A DNA stretch of 64,000 nucleotides from assembly GCA_043815665.1 (NCBI GenBank), contig JBDRIT010000002.1, forward strand, positions 19,208 to 83,207, read 5' to 3'. Below are positions 7,584 to 16,437 of the stretch, piece by piece; the stretch's first letter is position 1; the number at the start of each line of letters is the position of its first letter. Below the pieces are notes generated by a model. That model saw only the letters and a list, made by a program, of their open reading frames with translations. It was not told the DNA's origin and did no database searches. A program made the translations under genes and the position numbers. The DNA is from Pseudomonadota bacterium. Its GTDB lineage: Bacteria > Myxococcota_A > UBA9042 > CAIXZC01.

Positions 7584-9642
7584 CCGTCGGCACCTCGCCC
7601 TGCAGCCAGTGGAATCTGTATCCGGAGGGCAGGATGAAGGTCTCCGTGGTGAGGATTGCATCGGGCCAGCGAACGGTGACCTCTGCCTCGCAGCCGGTCC
7701 CGAGGCCGAAGTGGAGGATCCGCTCCTGTTGGACGCCGTAGTGGCCGTGGCCGCCCCCCACCTCCTGGGTCTGGGTCACCCCCGCCGCGGTGACGCTGAC
7801 CCGCGCTCCGATCGCGGCCCGGTTCGTCCCCTCGCTGCCTTCGAGATCGATCTGGATCCAGTTCCCCGCCTGTCCGAGGCTGTTGCGGAAGACCCGGATG
7901 GCCTGGGTTTCGTAGCAGTTGTTCGGTTCCCCCGCGTCGCAGCGCGCGTGGGAGTGCCCCACCACCATGTCCAGATCTCCGTCACGGTCGAGGTCCGCGA
8001 TGGCCACGCCGTGGCTGCGGTTGTGCTCGAAGTAGTCCTCGATGCCCAGCCCGGTGAAGGTGCCCGGCTGGGCACCGTTCTGGTGGTACAGCAGGCCCCG
8101 GTTCCCGGGGTAGTCCGACGCGCCGATGTAGACGTCGGGCCAGCCGTCGTTGTCGAAGTCGAACACCGCGGCGGTCATGTCCCCGTTGTTCCAGGCGAAC
8201 ATCGCCTGCTCACGGACGAGGCCGGTCTGCTCGTTCCCGGGGCGGGAGAAGACCGGGTTCTGGGTGCCGTCATTGAAGAGCAGCTCCGAGGGATCCGACG
8301 ACGACCCGACGTCCCAGTGAACGATCTCCGTGGTGAGAAGATCCATGTGGCCGTCGTTGTTCACGTCCGCGCAGACCGTGGTGCCGGAGTTCCCCCCGAG
8401 ACGGAAGGGCTCCCGATCGTACTGGTGGTCCCAGCGGAAGGCGTCCTCGTCGGTGTTGCACACGATGTACTGGGGCGGCGGCACACCGTCACAGTCCACG
8501 GCCTCGGGATGGAGTTCGCAGTAGCACCGCGCCGACTCGTTGTCCGTCCAGTCCTGCCGCTGATCGTAGGCATAGCCGGAGTCCACGGCCCGGTTCATGA
8601 AGTTGAAGCCGTCGTGTTCCCACTGTCCCTGGAAGAGGAGGTTGGGTGCGCGCCCGTAGGAGGAGGCGAGGAGCTCGGTCATGCCGTCGCCGTTGAGGTC
8701 GCATGCGAGGGAGCTCCAGGCCCAGGAGTGGGAGAGACCCTCGTTGAGGTCGGCGATGTAGACCCAGCCCGTGGTCATGAGCCCCGCCTCCTCGGTGACC
8801 TCTGTGAACCCGCCGTCGCCGTCTCCGAGGTAGAGCCGGTCGTTGAGGGGCGCCGGCGCGCCCGCTGGCGTGTTCTGGGTGACCCAGATGTCGACGAAGC
8901 CGTCCCGGTTCACGTCCACGAAGGAGGCACCGGCGGGGACCTGGGGCGCATCCACGGAGCGGAGCCCGCTGTCCGAGGGGCCCAGGACGAAGGTCCCGTC
9001 CCCCTGGTTGATCATCAACTCGCTGGTCTCCTGATCCGGTCCGGGCTCGTTGACCGTCTTCCCGAAGAACACATCCACGTCCCCGTCGTTGTCCACGTCC
9101 GCGGCCGCGGTGACCTCCCCGGCCCGTGCGACCAGGGGGTCCCCCGCAACCCGGGGAGCCAGGATCCCGGACTCCTCGGTCACGTCGAGGAAGGCGCCGG
9201 TCCCGTCGTTCTGAAGGAGCCACTTCCGCCGCCCCTCGGCTTCGAAGCTGTCCTCTCCTCCGCCGTTCCGCACCAGAAGGTCCGGCGACCCGTCCCCGTC
9301 GAAGTCCACGACGCTGACACGATAGCCTGCGGCACCACCGGCCGCGGCGGTGGCGCTGGTCGTTACCTCCTCGAAGACCGGGGTCCCCGGCTCCCAGAGG
9401 GTTCCCGTGTTGCAGATCGGAGGCGGAAACAGGGAGACATCCATCGCAATGTCCGCCGCCATGTCCTCGTCGGGCACATCCGTCGACGGGACGTCGCCAC
9501 GCGCCAGATCCTCGACGATCGTGTCCCCTGCGGAGTCCGACGGTGCGTCGACCCCGGCAGGACCCCCGGCCCCTGAAGCGCAGGCCCACAACAACGAGCA
9601 CGTCGCAAGGAACAACCAAAAAGAGCGAATTGCGGTGTTCAT
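7573..9642 (-). CDS. CRTAC1/ASPIC-UnbV family lipoprotein with FG-GAP (VCBS) repeats
   Basis: Start at ATG 9642 with a GGAGGGAGA SD. Lipobox LLWAC. Repeated Ca-binding loops DVDNDGDVD, DVNRDGFVD, DLNGDGMTE, DVNNDGHMD, DFDNDGWPD and DLDRDGDLD. C-terminal UnbV/ASPIC-like NRAAIGARVSV...GGGHG...HFGLG. Confidence 0.8.
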   Translation of the reverse strand: MNTAIRSFWLFLATCSLLWACASGAGGPAGVDAPSDSAGDTIVEDLARGDVPSTDVPDEDMAADIAMDVSLFPPPICNTGTLWEPGTPVFEEVTTSATAAAGGAAGYRVSVVDFDGDGSPDLLVRNGGGEDSFEAEGRRKWLLQNDGTGAFLDVTEESGILAPRVAGDPLVARAGEVTAAADVDNDGDVDVFFGKTVNEPGPDQETSELMINQGDGTFVLGPSDSGLRSVDAPQVPAGASFVDVNRDGFVDIWVTQNTPAGAPAPLNDRLYLGDGDGGFTEVTEEAGLMTTGWVYIADLNEGLSHSWAWSSLACDLNGDGMTELLASSYGRAPNLLFQGQWEHDGFNFMNRAVDSGYAYDQRQDWTDNESARCYCELHPEAVDCDGVPPPQYIVCNTDEDAFRWDHQYDREPFRLGGNSGTTVCADVNNDGHMDLLTTEIVHWDVGSSSDPSELLFNDGTQNPVFSRPGNEQTGLVREQAMFAWNNGDMTAAVFDFDNDGWPDVYIGASDYPGNRGLLYHQNGAQPGTFTGLGIEDYFEHNRSHGVAIADLDRDGDLDMVVGHSHARCDAGEPNNCYETQAIRVFRNSLGQAGNWIQIDLEGSEGTNRAAIGARVSVTAAGVTQTQEVGGGHGHYGVQQERILHFGLGTGCEAEVTVRWPDAILTTETFILPSGYRFHWLQGEVPTVSD

Positions 9643-9715
9643 TCTCCCTCCTCGCTGCCGCAGGTGATCACCTTGAGGGCGGCCGCTCCTCAGCACTCAG
9701 GATGACTTCGGGTCC

Positions 9716-11752
9716 TCACCTGTACATCACCGGGTTGACGTTGATCCGGTCGGCGAACTCCAGGGCCTCCGCCTCGGTGGCGTCAGGCAGGTAGTAGAAG
9801 CGCCACAGGTGGGGGCCCTTGGGATCGGCGGGGTCTGCCGGATGGATCGCCTTGTTCATGAAGCGAATCACCGGCTCGTCCTGAATGAGCTGGGCGGAGA
9901 GGTGCACCCGGGTCTTGTCCTTGAGGATCCAGGAGCCGTCACCCAGACCGAGGAGCCCGTTCGCCGCCGCGCAGCCCACGTCCCCGGTGCCCTCAGCGGG
10001 GAGGGTCGTGATGTCGATGGTGCGGATCACGCCCTCGTCCTCCCGACCCACGGGGGCATAGATCAGATCATCGCCGAAGCGCGGGAAGTCCACCCAGTGG
10101 TTCCACTCCACGCCGCCGGGGGCCTCGATGGCGATGTCCACGTAGGTGACGCCGATGTTCGGGTCCTCGAACCACGCCACCGTCCCCTCCCAGCCGAAGC
10201 CCTCGACCAGGAGCTCGAAGGGGGCGTCCACGGGCACCGGCGGCTCCGGTGCCTCGAAGAAGATGTCCTGGTACACGGTCCCCTGGGCCGGGGCCACCAG
10301 GAGGGAGGTCGCGCCGAGGGTGTCCTTGATGTCGTCCCAGAGCGCCTCGCCGGCCGCGATGGCCTGGGCGCCGTGGTCCAGGGCGTAGTTGATCTCCCCC
10401 GCCCAGGGGTTCCAGCCGGTCCCGTCGCTCACCTGGCCCTTGAGCTGGAGTCGCCAGACCTCGTCGAGGGCGTCCTCCCATGCCGCGCTGATCTCGGGGT
10501 CGGCCACCTCCCCGGCGGCGTAGGGGATCAAGGTCTCCAGCGCGGCCAGGAGCTGGTTGCCGCGGCTGAGCAGGGTCAGGATCTCGTTGTCCCGCTCGTC
10601 CGCGGACCAGAGGCCGGTGCCGCCCATCCAGGTGAAGGTGTTGTGGGAGTCCACGGGCTGCCAGGTCCCATCGATGATCACGGGCATGGGCTCGGCATCG
10701 ACCCCGAGATCGTCGAGGTGATCGAGGTAGTCCCCGATGGTGGTCACGTGGAAGCCCTGGGCCTCGAGGTCCGTGAGCTCGGCGACCAGCGCGTCGGCGC
10801 TCGCCTGGTTGAACGCGAAGAACTCGCCGAAGTACGGGTCGAGGTCTCCGGTCAGCTCCTTCTCGCCGTCGTCGAAGAAGTGCCAGGTCACCTGGATCTG
10901 CTCCTCGCCGTCTCCCTCGGTGATGCCCCGCCCGCCGACGATGACCGGCACGCCCTCGTGCTCGAAGAGGAGCGGCGGCGCATCGTCGCCGTAGTGGTAC
11001 CGGTACAGATTCTTCGGCAGGATCGCGGCCCGCCCGTCGTCCTTGAGGATCCGGACCATCCCCTCGCCGAACTGCCCCTCCTGGGTGAACACGCCCCGGC
11101 CCACCGGGAGACAGACCGCGCCCAGGGACTCCATGGTGAGGCGGCTGGAGGCCCTCACGCTGCGCAGATCGTGGGCGATCCAGAGCTGATCCGACCAATG
11201 GAAGCTCTGGACCTGGAGCTGACCACGCCCCACGAGGGTCCGCATCGTCTCGATGACCTGGGGATGGCGCTCGCGCATGACGTCGATCATGATCCCCTGC
11301 ATCTCCACGTCGACGCCCCAGGTCGGGTGATCCATGAGGATGTCCAGGAGGGGCGCGAAGCTCTCCTCGACGATCCGGTCCTCCAGCGCGTCGTTGCTGA
11401 AGTCGATCTCTGAGCGTCCGCTCATGCCCTCGGTGCCACCGGCCACGTACTGGATGTTGAAGTGGTACACCGAGAGCGCGAACTTTCGGGGCGCCGGCGT
11501 GGGCTCGGGCATGTCGCCCTGGGCCACCATCTGGCAGCCCTCACCGACGTCATCCGGAACGTCGGGCGCCTTGCGGTCAGGGGTCGCCGTGTCGAGGGTC
11601 ACGTCGGGGCTCAGGCCGTCCGCGACCACGTCCTCACCCACCTGGTCCGGCGCCGTCGCGCCGCGGCCGGTGTCGTCAAGGCATCCCTGCACCAGAGCCA
11701 GGGCGAGCACCGGGATCAGCAGCCCCGAGAGCATCGTCAGGCGGAGCGTCAT
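9716..11752 (-). CDS. lipoprotein, possible GH57-like glycoside hydrolase fold
   Basis: Start at ATG 11752, with GGAGGG 8 nt upstream. Lipobox ALVQGC. Segments YHFNIQYVAGG, GRGQLQVQSFHWSDQLWIAH, VFTQEGQFGEG and QVSDGTGWNPW loosely resemble GH57-type barrel and helical-domain motifs. The assignment is weak. Confidence 0.35.
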   Translation of the reverse strand: MTLRLTMLSGLLIPVLALALVQGCLDDTGRGATAPDQVGEDVVADGLSPDVTLDTATPDRKAPDVPDDVGEGCQMVAQGDMPEPTPAPRKFALSVYHFNIQYVAGGTEGMSGRSEIDFSNDALEDRIVEESFAPLLDILMDHPTWGVDVEMQGIMIDVMRERHPQVIETMRTLVGRGQLQVQSFHWSDQLWIAHDLRSVRASSRLTMESLGAVCLPVGRGVFTQEGQFGEGMVRILKDDGRAAILPKNLYRYHYGDDAPPLLFEHEGVPVIVGGRGITEGDGEEQIQVTWHFFDDGEKELTGDLDPYFGEFFAFNQASADALVAELTDLEAQGFHVTTIGDYLDHLDDLGVDAEPMPVIIDGTWQPVDSHNTFTWMGGTGLWSADERDNEILTLLSRGNQLLAALETLIPYAAGEVADPEISAAWEDALDEVWRLQLKGQVSDGTGWNPWAGEINYALDHGAQAIAAGEALWDDIKDTLGATSLLVAPAQGTVYQDIFFEAPEPPVPVDAPFELLVEGFGWEGTVAWFEDPNIGVTYVDIAIEAPGGVEWNHWVDFPRFGDDLIYAPVGREDEGVIRTIDITTLPAEGTGDVGCAAANGLLGLGDGSWILKDKTRVHLSAQLIQDEPVIRFMNKAIHPADPADPKGPHLWRFYYLPDATEAEALEFADRINVNPVMYR

Positions 11753-11771
11753 CGTATGTCCCTCCATGGGT

Positions 11772-13778
11772 TCAATCGCCAACATCAATCAGCCAGGTGA
11801 CCCAGTGCCAACGGTCCCCGCGACGCTCCCACCAGGAGAGTCCCCTCGACGACGGGTGGGGTGCCGAGCCCAGCGCGTCTACCTTCGCCGTAACGAAGGA
11901 GGGCGCGATCCACCGGACCTGACCGTCGCTCCGTGCTGCGTACACTGGACCGAGCTCGTCGATCTCATGGGGCAGCTCCGCGATCTCTGCCAGGAAGCGG
12001 TCACCTTCGCGTCCCGAGAACCAGCCCTGCCCCTCCGCCGTCTGCACGAGGAGACGGGGGTGGTCCTCCGCGTCGGGGCCCGGCAGGAGCAGGCGCGGCT
12101 CCCCCGGGATCGGTTCGGTCCTCCCGTCGGCGCCGTGGAGCTGCCACAGTGCGCCGTTGCGGGTGACGTACCACAGGATCCGTCCATCGGGACCGACAAC
12201 CGTGAACTCCTGGGGGAGGACGTCGACGTGGGTCGGCTCTCCCTCCAGCGTGATCGTCGACGGACCCTTCGACCCGTTGCAGACGAGCACCGGCGCCGCA
12301 GGAGCCCCGGTCCATCCCAGAGGTGCCTCGCAGCAGAGCCCAGCGACGGCGAGGGAGGTCCACAGGCACTCCCCGCCAACCCCGCGGCCCAGCACCCAGG
12401 ACCGCGCCACCGCCCCCTCCCCCACGAAGCCCAGCCCCGTGACCTCGTCCGTCTGGAAGACGACCCGCCCGTCGAGGAGGACGTCCTCGCGGCCGGTGGC
12501 ACGATCATGAAACACCGAGAGCACCCGGGTCCCGTCGGCGGAGGGAACGAACCAGGTCAGCGCGTCCCCCTTCGCCAGGAGCGATGCGCCTGCGACGACG
12601 CCTTGCCCCCCCTCCAGGGGAGTGACCTGCGCGGTGAACCGCCCGTCCCCGAGGAAACCCTCACCCCAGATCTCCCGAAACCTGGGCCCGTCGGCGTCGG
12701 CGCCGATTCGATCCCCCTCGGGATCGCGGATGATCGGGATCGGGTCGCCGGAGGGAGGACGGAGAAAGCGCGTCACCGGCCCGCCCTCCACGATCACCCT
12801 GTCGTCAGCCAGGAGCACGGTGCGCTCCCCCTGGAACCACAGCGTGGCCAGCGCGCCGTCGGAGAGATGCGCCAGCGCGGCGAGCCGCCCCAGGGAGCCC
12901 GTGGTGCCGTGATCGGTCTGGATCCGATCCCCCGCGCGGTCGGAGACCATCACCGCATAGCGGAGACCATCCGCGGAGAAGGACACCCAATCGATCCTGC
13001 GCCACGGGCCCGTGGTCTCGAGACCGTCGGACAGGGACAGGTCCCCGCCCTCCCGCTCTCTCCAGGCCACCAGGAGGCGCCCCGTATGCGGCGCTGAGGC
13101 GATCATCTCGATGCGCGCCCCGCAGGCCATCTCGCGGGCTCCGACCACCAGGCACTCCTCGGAGCCGCGCAGGGCCACGTACGCGGGGACCCTGCCGGCG
13201 ACCAGGTGGTACCGGAGCGCCATGGACCGGGACGCGCCCGGATCCGGGTCGCCCCGGAGGACCCGGTTGGTCGTCAGGGGGCTGCGCTCCAGGTCTGCGG
13301 GCTGGGAGGGACGTCGTGTGAGGCGCACCCATTGGGTGGGATCCCTGGGATCCCTGGAGGCGAAGGTCATGGACGCGCCGCCGCGATCACTCCAGCTCCA
13401 CGAGGAGGGGTTGTCTGCTCGACCCAAGACTGCCAGGTCCGGGGTCCGGATGGCGTCCCATGCCCGACCACGCCGCGCCCCCCAGATCACCCGTGCGCCC
13501 CGGGCCGTCCGGACCCAGTAGGTCAGCTCACCGCTCCGGGTCCATTGCACCTGCTCAATCCCCGCGGCCTCCTCGATGACCACACCGTCGACGTAGAGTC
13601 GATGTCCCGCCTCTCCTGCGACGATCCATGCGATACGGCCATCCGACGACGTCGCTGTCTCCACAGGGCGCCCGAGGGCCGCCTCGAACGCGTACCGCGA
13701 GACGGGTTGGTCGGCGCGGGCCGGCGGCACCGCGGGGACCCCGCCGACCAGCAACGCGATGAGGAGGATGCGGACCAT
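11772..13778 (-). CDS. secreted protein of unknown function (beta-rich, repeat-like)
   Basis: Start at ATG 13778, with GGAGG upstream. Signal peptide MVRILLIALLVGGVPAVPPARA. Balanced amino-acid composition, unlike the Ser/Arg/Pro-rich antisense ORF. No catalytic motif recognised. Confidence 0.55.
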   Translation of the reverse strand: MVRILLIALLVGGVPAVPPARADQPVSRYAFEAALGRPVETATSSDGRIAWIVAGEAGHRLYVDGVVIEEAAGIEQVQWTRSGELTYWVRTARGARVIWGARRGRAWDAIRTPDLAVLGRADNPSSWSWSDRGGASMTFASRDPRDPTQWVRLTRRPSQPADLERSPLTTNRVLRGDPDPGASRSMALRYHLVAGRVPAYVALRGSEECLVVGAREMACGARIEMIASAPHTGRLLVAWREREGGDLSLSDGLETTGPWRRIDWVSFSADGLRYAVMVSDRAGDRIQTDHGTTGSLGRLAALAHLSDGALATLWFQGERTVLLADDRVIVEGGPVTRFLRPPSGDPIPIIRDPEGDRIGADADGPRFREIWGEGFLGDGRFTAQVTPLEGGQGVVAGASLLAKGDALTWFVPSADGTRVLSVFHDRATGREDVLLDGRVVFQTDEVTGLGFVGEGAVARSWVLGRGVGGECLWTSLAVAGLCCEAPLGWTGAPAAPVLVCNGSKGPSTITLEGEPTHVDVLPQEFTVVGPDGRILWYVTRNGALWQLHGADGRTEPIPGEPRLLLPGPDAEDHPRLLVQTAEGQGWFSGREGDRFLAEIAELPHEIDELGPVYAARSDGQVRWIAPSFVTAKVDALGSAPHPSSRGLSWWERRGDRWHWVTWLIDVGD

Positions 13779-13792
13779 CGGGCCTCCAGGGC

Positions 13793-15760
13793 TCAAGGCA
13801 TGGTGAGAACCCGGGCAGGGTCGAGACCCGCTGCGCGGTTCGCGGGAAAGAAGGCCCCCAGGATGGAGAAGAAGAGCGCCACCACGACCGAGAGGCCAAC
13901 CCACAGGGGCTCGAAGTGGAAGAAGGTCTCCGGCTTCAGCGGGAAATCACCGACGTACCGGGCGACCAGGAGATCGATGCCCCTGCTGGCGCCCCAGGCG
14001 ATGAGGTTCCCCGCGATGCCGCCGAGGACCCCGATGAACAGGGACTCACCGAGGAAGAGCAGGCGGACGTCCATGCGCGTGGCGCCCACGGATCGCAGGA
14101 CCCCGATCTCCCGCTTCCGCTCGTAGATCACCATGAGGAAGACGTGGGTGATGTTGATCGCGGCGATGCTGAGGATCACCGACGCCATGATGAAGAAGAT
14201 CGCCAGTGCGACCACGAGGATGGTGCGGAACTTCTCCGCCTCCGCTGAGCGCCGGGACAGCTGGACATTGTGCGCCTCGATGTAGTCCAGCGCCTCGGGG
14301 AGCTTCTCACGCTCCGCGAGCTGCAGGATCACGCTGTCGAACTCCCGCGTGGCCTCCCTGCCCTTGTAGCGGGAGTTCGCGCGCCGCACGTACTCCATGG
14401 GCATGGTGACCCCATGTTCCAGGGCCTTGCTCGAGAACCCGACCATGAGCATGCGCTTCTGCACCGGGGTCCGGTCCGCCACGGGATCCTTGTAGAACGA
14501 GTGTCCGAAGAGCACCTCGCCGTCGTATCCCATGAACGCGTTGATGGTGCCGAGCTCTGCGCGCCCGAAGGTGCTCTTCATCACGAGGTTGAAGATCTCG
14601 AGGACGAGGGGGTTCACGATCACCGGGATCGGGTGCTCGCAGCGGCCCTTGCCGCGGCGGTCGCGCCAGTAGCGGCTCGGGAACCGGTACTCGTACACGG
14701 AGCAGAACGTTCGGGGCGCACATTGGGCGGGAGGACAGCTCTCCCCCTCCTCCTTGGAGGTCCCGTCCTCGCAGAGACCGGGAAGGATCCCCCGGCGCAG
14801 CTCCGGGTTCGCGAGGAGATCGGCCTCCTCCCGCTCCTGGGCACAGCGGATGTAGTCGCAGGTGCCCTCGGCAGCGCACCGGCCATTGATGCACCGACCC
14901 GAGACGCAGTCGTTGTCTTCCTGGCACGCCCCGGGGACGCACTCCTGCCAGGCAGGGCAATCCGGCGCCCCCACACAGGGGATGACGCAGACCTCCCGGT
15001 CGCACCGGCCGTCGACACAGGCCGTCCCGCCGCAGTCAGCGGCGCTGGTGCACTCGAGGCGCCGGCAGACGGTGCCCTCCTTGCAGGCCCCCTCGTCACA
15101 GGTGGGCCTGCACTCCCCCAGGAGGCACGCGTAGCCCTCGGCGCAGATCTGATCGTCCCGGCAGGGGATGAACTCGCCGTGGTCCCGGAACAAGCGCCAG
15201 TACTCGAGAGCCCTGCACGCTCCGTCGTGGCACTCCTCCCCGGGGGAGCAGTCCTCGTCGTCGTAGCAGCGACGCTCTCTTCCGTACCTCTCCACCAGGG
15301 TCTGCCGGCGCCGCTCCTCCTGCGTCCCCGCCTGGGCCTCGGCGAGATCCGCACGGAGGAGCGCGTCGTCCAGGCCATCGAAGTAGGCCTCGAAGGTCAT
15401 TCCACGTTCACCGAAGAGCTGCCCGCCGATGCGGTAGACCGCCTGGAACCGCGACCGCAGCTTCGGGTAGACCTGCCCGATCCCCGGAATCTCCGCGAAA
15501 TCCTCCAGGTGATCCTGGTCGAAGTGGAGGCGCTCGACCCGGCTCTTCGCACCGGCGATGCTCACCGCGGAGGGCTCCACCTCGATGAGGTCCACCGGGT
15601 ACATCTTGTTCAGGACCTCCTCGCGGACCCCGATGGTGAGCGCCGTGAAGAACGAGAAGACCGAGACGCCCACAATGATGCCGATGCTGGAGAACACGAG
15701 GTTCTTCCGGTTTCTCCGGACATTCTTGAAGACGATGGAGACGAGCTTCCCGGCCCTCAT
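13793..15760 (-). CDS. ABC transporter permease, FtsX/MacB (type VII) family, with Cys-rich periplasmic insert
   Basis: TM1 at the N-terminus. The C-terminal FtsX domain reads ...ERKREIGVLRSVGATRMDV...FFPANRAAGLDPARVL. The periplasmic domain contains 30 Cys between aa 165 and 374. The start overlaps the upstream stop (ATGA). Confidence 0.85.
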   Translation of the reverse strand: MRAGKLVSIVFKNVRRNRKNLVFSSIGIIVGVSVFSFFTALTIGVREEVLNKMYPVDLIEVEPSAVSIAGAKSRVERLHFDQDHLEDFAEIPGIGQVYPKLRSRFQAVYRIGGQLFGERGMTFEAYFDGLDDALLRADLAEAQAGTQEERRRQTLVERYGRERRCYDDEDCSPGEECHDGACRALEYWRLFRDHGEFIPCRDDQICAEGYACLLGECRPTCDEGACKEGTVCRRLECTSAADCGGTACVDGRCDREVCVIPCVGAPDCPAWQECVPGACQEDNDCVSGRCINGRCAAEGTCDYIRCAQEREEADLLANPELRRGILPGLCEDGTSKEEGESCPPAQCAPRTFCSVYEYRFPSRYWRDRRGKGRCEHPIPVIVNPLVLEIFNLVMKSTFGRAELGTINAFMGYDGEVLFGHSFYKDPVADRTPVQKRMLMVGFSSKALEHGVTMPMEYVRRANSRYKGREATREFDSVILQLAEREKLPEALDYIEAHNVQLSRRSAEAEKFRTILVVALAIFFIMASVILSIAAINITHVFLMVIYERKREIGVLRSVGATRMDVRLLFLGESLFIGVLGGIAGNLIAWGASRGIDLLVARYVGDFPLKPETFFHFEPLWVGLSVVVALFFSILGAFFPANRAAGLDPARVLTMP

Positions 15761-16437
15761 GCGTCCCCCTCGCCGACCACGAGGCCGTCTTTGAGGCGGA
15801 CGATCCGCTGCGTCAATCCAGCGAGGCGGTCGTCGTGGGTGACGAGGATCACCGTGAGGGCCTGGGAGCGGTTCAGCTCGAGGAAGAGATCCATGACCTG
15901 GTGGCCGCTCTTCGAGTCGAGGTTCCCCGTGGGCTCGTCAGCGAGGAGGAGGCGGGGCTTCCCGAAGAGCGCCCGCGCAATGGCGACCCTCTGCTTCTCC
16001 CCGCCGGAGAGGCGCGTCGGGTAGGACTCGGCCTTGTGCAGGACCCCGACCTGGTCCATGGCCTCGTCCGCGCGGAGCCGGACCTCCTTGCGGCCCATCC
16101 CACCGCGGAACCAGGCCGGGGCCTCCACGTTCTCCCGACAGGTGAGGTGGGGCAGGAGGTTGAAGGCCTGGAAGACGAACCCGAGGGTCCGGTTGCGGAA
16201 GCGCGACAGCACGCGGTCCGACATCCGCTGGATGTCCTGGCCATCGACGGTGGCGGTACCGGTGAAGGCGCGGTCCAGCCCACCGATGACGTTGAGGAGC
16301 GTCGTCTTCCCCGAGCCGCTGGCGCCCACCAGCGAGACGAAGCAACCTGCGGGGATCTCCAGATCCACGCCGCGGAGGACCGCATTGGCGGCATCGCCTC
16401 GATCGTAGACCTTCCGAATGTCCTTCAGATGGATCAT
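15757..16437 (-). CDS. ABC transporter ATP-binding protein (LolD/MacB-type)
   Basis: Walker A GASGSGKTT, Q-loop, signature LSGGEKQRVAIARAL, Walker B LLLADEPT and H-loop VTHD. Confidence 0.9.
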   Translation of the reverse strand: MIHLKDIRKVYDRGDAANAVLRGVDLEIPAGCFVSLVGASGSGKTTLLNVIGGLDRAFTGTATVDGQDIQRMSDRVLSRFRNRTLGFVFQAFNLLPHLTCRENVEAPAWFRGGMGRKEVRLRADEAMDQVGVLHKAESYPTRLSGGEKQRVAIARALFGKPRLLLADEPTGNLDSKSGHQVMDLFLELNRSQALTVILVTHDDRLAGLTQRIVRLKDGLVVGEGDA

